A DNA stretch of 64,000 nt from Candidatus Omnitrophota bacterium. Its GTDB lineage: Bacteria > Omnitrophota > Gorgyraeia > Tantalellales > Tantalellaceae. Shown here piece after piece: positions 61,801-64,000 of the stretch. Below the pieces are notes generated by a model that was not told where the DNA came from, did not search any database, and saw nothing but the letters and a program-made list of their open reading frames with translations. Numbering within the stretch: position 1 is the stretch's first letter; the number at the start of each line of letters is the position of its first letter. Location of the stretch: the NCBI GenBank assembly GCA_028715965.1, contig JAQUQS010000001.1, positions 97,332 to 161,331 of the forward strand, given 5' to 3'. The position numbers and the translations under genes are program-made.

Positions 61801-63347
61801 TCCGTATGGAACCCTCCTGTCATGAGCATAGCCGCCTCCGCGGGGCCGCGCACTTCTTCGAACCGTATGTTGTCAAGGAACGCCTCGTCACGCTTGAACG
61901 AATACGCGTAGAACGCGGAAATATCTCCCAGATACTTGTTCAGGTTGGCACAGTCATCCGATATCTCAAGTGTTATACCGTGCTCCTTCGACGCGGGCAG
62001 AAGAAAATCCGTATAGGCTTTTACCGAAAAGGTCTCCCTGTTACCCCGATAATAATAATAGTCCGTCTTTATCAGCTTTATATCGAACATGTTCCGCATT
62101 ATGGACAGATTACGTGAAAGCCTGTTCAATGTCCTTTGTTCGGCGCTGGTATACAATGGCTCCCTGACGGCATCCTCATATTTGTCGAGCTCCTCCATCA
62201 CCCGCGTCCTGTCGACGGATTCATAAACCGTCACATATCCGATATATTTGGAAAGTTCCGGGAACCTGCCCGGGTCGAGGCCTACCTCCCTCACCTTATC
62301 GAACAGATATCCATAGAACGCCCTGAGCGAAAGTCTTTTTGTCTTGAAAGCCACACTCTTTGACACAAGCTCTCTAGACTCGTTCCTTGAAAGCCGCTCT
62401 TTCAGCTCTTCGACAAGAGCGGTGCGTTCGACATTGGCCCTCTCGAAATCTATATCGTCCTCTTTCTCCAAAGCGGACGAAAGAAGAGAAAGGTTACGGA
62501 ACCCGTTAAGTCCAACTCCTGTTACCCTGCCCTTATCCACCAGGTAACGCAGATATTTGCCAAAGTCCATGTTGCCGGATTTATAAGCCGCGTAGGAAAT
62601 ATCGAGACTGATAAGTTCTTTCGAGAAAAGATATACTTTCAGGTTGTTAACAGCACGGGAAAGCTCGCTTATATATCGGTCCACATCCGCCTTGTACGAC
62701 AAAGAATCCCGGTACACCTCCAGGTTGGCCAGATACAATTCTTTGTTCTCAACCCCCCACAACCGTACCTTGTCCGGGTTATTCGCCGCATAAAATTCCG
62801 CGCCGCTTATATCGCCTTGTTTGACAAAATAATCCGCCACTTCCCTGCGTATTTCCGTACCGGTTATGGACGTAAAGGGCGTAAGATCGTACTCACCCAC
62901 GCCCCCTTCCAGGTTCACGAGCCGCACGCCGTATTCCTTACTGATGTAATCGATGATATCGGCTATCTTATGCTGGGCATAAACGTTACAATGCGCGTCC
63001 TGTATATGGACAACGAACTTATCAGAACTTCCTTTGTAGCCGAATTGTACCTCTCCAAGATGTTCGGGTATGGTTATGGTCGAAGCGTCCAGAAGGGAAT
63101 ACGATATGTTATGCGCGTCATCCGTAGTGATCGCGTAGGGGATCTGCGCGGGCTGCTCGATAGCGGACCATGCATCGGTCAATACATTGGTAACAAAAAA
63201 AGCGACAAGAACGACTGTTCCAGTCACTTTTCGCGCCAACCCGTATTGCCCAAACCATGGTCTGAACATAATGAACCTCATAAGTCTTTTGTTTACACGA
63301 CTTACATTGGGCAAAGGTTTTGCTTTACCCTTTTGACCTTCCTGCAT
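55833..63347 (-). CDS. Giant multidomain membrane protein (2504 aa) of unknown function. It has an N-terminal TM anchor, an unrecognised domain of about 640 aa, a Gly/Pro linker, TM segments, HEALH and M50-like HEVGH metalloprotease motifs, a SAM-methyltransferase motif, a PRTase-like motif and a GlnD/GlnE-like nucleotidyltransferase module.
   Basis: An uninterrupted 7515-nt ORF at about 50% GC cannot arise by chance. The motifs read directly from the translation are: TM helix around aa 42-58; HEALH at aa 925 (nt 60561-60575); LFFIPAIAIHEVGHFIAGKIFG at aa 1183 (59787-59801) inside a hydrophobic stretch; KVVLEIGCGTATF at aa 1340 (59292-59330); GGKVVIFDDSSFSG at aa 1670 (58311-58346); SAYSDLIDD...LIGMGSYARRAAPYGTDLDLFIL at aa 1915-1940 (57531-57599); KKGRGGLRTIDLI (57071-57110). 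Confidence 0.9.
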   Translation of the reverse strand: MQEGQKGKAKPLPNVSRVNKRLMRFIMFRPWFGQYGLARKVTGTVVLVAFFVTNVLTDAWSAIEQPAQIPYAITTDDAHNISYSLLDASTITIPEHLGEVQFGYKGSSDKFVVHIQDAHCNVYAQHKIADIIDYISKEYGVRLVNLEGGVGEYDLTPFTSITGTEIRREVADYFVKQGDISGAEFYAANNPDKVRLWGVENKELYLANLEVYRDSLSYKADVDRYISELSRAVNNLKVYLFSKELISLDISYAAYKSGNMDFGKYLRYLVDKGRVTGVGLNGFRNLSLLSSALEKEDDIDFERANVERTALVEELKERLSRNESRELVSKSVAFKTKRLSLRAFYGYLFDKVREVGLDPGRFPELSKYIGYVTVYESVDRTRVMEELDKYEDAVREPLYTSAEQRTLNRLSRNLSIMRNMFDIKLIKTDYYYYRGNRETFSVKAYTDFLLPASKEHGITLEISDDCANLNKYLGDISAFYAYSFKRDEAFLDNIRFEEVRGPAEAAMLMTGGFHTENICELFRKKGISYVSILPKFTVKDDFKDPYYEILAGQTTDLQRMLSSVIAKASMMAVASKLNPILAEAVCGQEEIDAFRAAVRVLAELGRENGNIKNVINAIGEDARNLSVVYDSTSGTLNCALMRNGKEIGRPVSIPVSELVAEARKERREALPGPPLGPQAELVDASASPGVSGDAGTEAGTTGGTGQENMPARVSDAHKKAVMAFIVVSVILISGFTPVHAMVVVGTLLGYHVLRHFTLKLLSSRAVSAIRGVDYRGKLDRLFALSRTKPGLCVSLTIGMGLISLLLYALSPAGKAPVPGEGDGTAGLQRQSTSMSFSGVSGADIGYTERMKAEAGAIASHYESIKEALTPDQRRMIEGVIVVLRTKELRFSADKNYAHADTEKGFIALPVSNFASDDMLRSGLIHEALHFYYRESGMSLDEEVKISGFENDADYWLWLSPGEEGWVLRNTPVVEGILNSYKRGDDGRILKMRYEMYEEQPSGYAEKIMVYDSKPVSVSDMLDLARDDTMVKEKRDFVIRALALAALDKLRGAGIGEPVSPEDRELAAKGVKDLAEHYRARTAYYFDLIRNEDPFFAPDDMDAVREAFGQYRDDTSRLTARQALIIRWWSNYELQRTSAQAVEMLLLNMPAMPDEGVRTDFGIPGLLNNILILTLFFIPAIAIHEVGHFIAGKIFGAKPKFVMSWETARGKRIFPTFAVRHMNFEQGAKGAVIYASGPIAELIYGAGLMMISPLLVASPAGAYITFMAGVMTALHATLGNWSDLAGLKDSMFPGTGERSGTGTTEPGVMDYLLTRGNPSGEARKALDILRKRSDAASGINKVVLEIGCGTATFADQLVRANPDMAVIATDIYDTENKVPLYGGWARDWERGRLRAQRRNDPRLAILRADMDILRAMPDGSLDSILLMNPAGPDITNDLVNMLQNEGLLNKLRPDGTIVIKPVAGFNQTLLMDNRVFAKSDLELWGVGVTDQLNIVEDSAKGEKGNLWVWSRNNPEEPLPFAEDAEVLEALGSEFEVPERRLIGDFDALRRNVSDKFEEYKAKFPQHVSKLEEIRNALLDNLRYITFEEFRDKVRSMAEAINRELEGYDKGAWGVILGKTSNKSKMYVYQMARETLRADIGEPVEIYSNHDENGARSGWLARLDGIPDGGKVVIFDDSSFSGWDADEMIAMIDAARPDIEVILAIPYVATFALNIFLGMDMDEDVKMNLLRDNAGNLLTENMVTINDILPELDEREREDLSSDPWLDEIYVGSPWRMLTVFDNRDPDRHSFPEGLRMMMGFEYAAAPYKEGANAAYTEWERAKFTSLTGITPEQAAAAMRSTIYREEQEEDAGEVFATLEEYVEYARDKFREELQGIKGQFRDAALSGKEFDFGSAYSDLIDDTIIRLAEFMGIADKVTLIGMGSYARRAAPYGTDLDLFILIKDRDDIVTLRRQAAEFGMLAGEITGVTLDYPAYPEVGADHNIKALTMDEFQKDYLDYFEERDIAGMRSIMDWRYISGPVSVEDIRKGFEEAIRDAETFKHLMSRYVLRQDFKAIVEGKDEMDMADPMRSITYINPGNYHTKKGRGGLRTIDLITWMGRTVAGMPTWDWARPDAFRENAMTLTRGEQVLGETEVEALSQARKFLVALRTAVNIVWDDSGLMDADRQDMLKKEIWTDVAVLMGMGELADPEEILTAELKRHIGNVAAIFNSFMDADYRGLLLEREYPPLEADELDMDSLIPARGPVTAPVAIGEDSGLALEEAEEDHIVASPEKKMTAAAVMMGDMVPDTADWIITPGPSDVGAMSDKVSLESELKQLLRKSSEYRMDTILRGYNTGAADAEAEFRDVFSRVIGEMGDDHYKDKTPKAIVFVSRDMREMALKVLRELMPDPEKSFAVVSEDSLPPGGMIDLVNHVMLGKGLLNYKRIAERQAAAAEAPSEVRQEVRSNIIRYLKMMISIPDIIDENDPDVIEKILDGSISLPIMTPVVNTWKEDQQKLLMFLRSA

Positions 63348-63606
63348 GGCTATATTATTATGTATAATAACTATCTTTCTATAAGTTTACAGCCAATACA
63401 AGTTTACCTGTCCACATATAAATATCCAAGTCGCTATTTCTTGCTTTTTTAAACGCTAACAAACGCGGCGATCACCCGGACACGCGCCATACGATCGGAT
63501 CTATATCAGAAAGAGATGTTATTTATTAAATATTGAAAACACATGTGTTTAGAGTTACAATTTTTATGACCGATATAGCCAGCTTAGGTCCAGAAATGAG
63601 GTTCAA

Positions 63607-64000
63607 ATGAACAAGGTGGTATTGTTACGTCACGGTGAAAGCGTATGGAACAAGGAAGGCCTGTTCACAGGATGGACAGACGTGGACATCTCTGAGAACG
63701 GAATGCATGAAGCGCATGAAGCGGCACGGCTGTTAAAAGAGAACGGGTTCTTTTTTGATGCCGCTTTCACTTCCCTGCTGAAAAGGGCCATACGCACTTT
63801 GTGGATAGTCCTTGAGGACATGGAACTCATGTGGATCCCGGTATATCGTTCATGGCGTCTCAATGAAAGACATTATGGCGCGCTCCAGGGCTTGAACAAG
63901 AAAGAGACCGCGGCCAAGTTCGGCGAGGACCAGGTCCATGCATGGCGACGAAGTTTCGACGTGCCTCCTCCACTCCTGGAGATCTCTGACGAAAGGTTCC
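63607..64000 (+). CDS. gpmA: 2,3-bisphosphoglycerate-dependent phosphoglycerate mutase, 5' portion. The gene continues beyond the window.
   Basis: It begins [32 protein letters not shown], the catalytic His of the RHGE motif, and continues with ..[12 protein letters not shown]... There is no stop within the window. Confidence 0.85.
   Translation, partial: MNKVVLLRHGESVWNKEGLFTGWTDVDISENGMHEAHEAARLLKENGFFFDAAFTSLLKRAIRTLWIVLEDMELMWIPVYRSWRLNERHYGALQGLNKKETAAKFGEDQVHAWRRSFDVPPPLLEISDERF

Noticed and set aside
55833-63347. Possibility that the giant ORF is an assembly or frameshift artefact fusing several genes
   Set aside because: There is a single frame throughout, no internal stops, uniform composition, and the domain order is coherent. 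I cannot exclude an artefact without reads, so it stays flagged as a check rather than a rejection of the call.
1-64000. CRISPR arrays, integrases, transposases or rRNA genes
   Set aside because: No direct-repeat or spacer periodicity was seen. No integrase or transposase catalytic motifs were found. Only the degenerate HTH ORF at 13797-14162 is present.

Overview
This is a 64 kb bacterial chromosomal segment of about 50% GC with very short intergenic gaps. Fifty-one of the 53 protein-coding genes and the one tRNA are on the minus strand; beta-glucosidase and the partial gpmA are the only plus-strand genes. The content is mostly core housekeeping. In transcription order, high to low coordinate, the genes are: a 2504-aa giant multidomain ORF; an aldo/keto reductase; a GH1 beta-glucosidase (plus strand); a secreted hypothetical protein and a PilZ protein; fabG-acpP-fabF; bcd-etfB-etfA, where EtfA is fused to a ferredoxin domain; a MerR-HTH-only protein and smc; the PncC-like CinA C-terminal domain and thpR; recA-recX-alaS; a contiguous his-trp operon (hisDBHAFI-trpEGDC-trpB2-trpF-trpBA) followed by ruvX; an M16 peptidase; rpe; a phosphohexomutase; lepA-lepB-pgsA-der-plsY; an AT-rich islet with a small HTH gene; gpsA; tRNA-Pro; hom-thrC followed by an iPGM-like gene (proposed homoserine kinase) and lysC; cimA-valS; an RsuA/RluB-family pseudouridine synthase; nadC; and a 3'-truncated uvrB. 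The 5' part of gpmA (plus strand) lies at the right window edge. The stand-out feature is the uninterrupted 7.5 kb ORF at 55833..63347 encoding a 2504-aa membrane protein. From motifs visible in the translation it combines an unrecognised N-terminal domain of about 640 aa, a Gly/Pro-rich linker, transmembrane segments, two HExxH metalloprotease-like signatures (one of them M50/site-2-protease-like inside a TM helix), a class-I SAM methyltransferase motif, a phosphoribosyltransferase-like PRPP-loop motif, and a GlnD/GlnE-like nucleotidyltransferase module (G-x-G-S...DLDL plus GGLR-x-I). I do not know a described protein or system with this architecture. The gene content (CimA, iPGM-like ThrB replacement, TrpB2, Fd-EtfA, a giant gene) suggests an uncultivated anaerobic lineage, possibly Omnitrophota- or Elusimicrobia-like, but that is speculative. 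No CRISPR array, integrase or rRNA was seen. All calls rest on reading the six-frame translations and the sequence by eye; no database search was possible.
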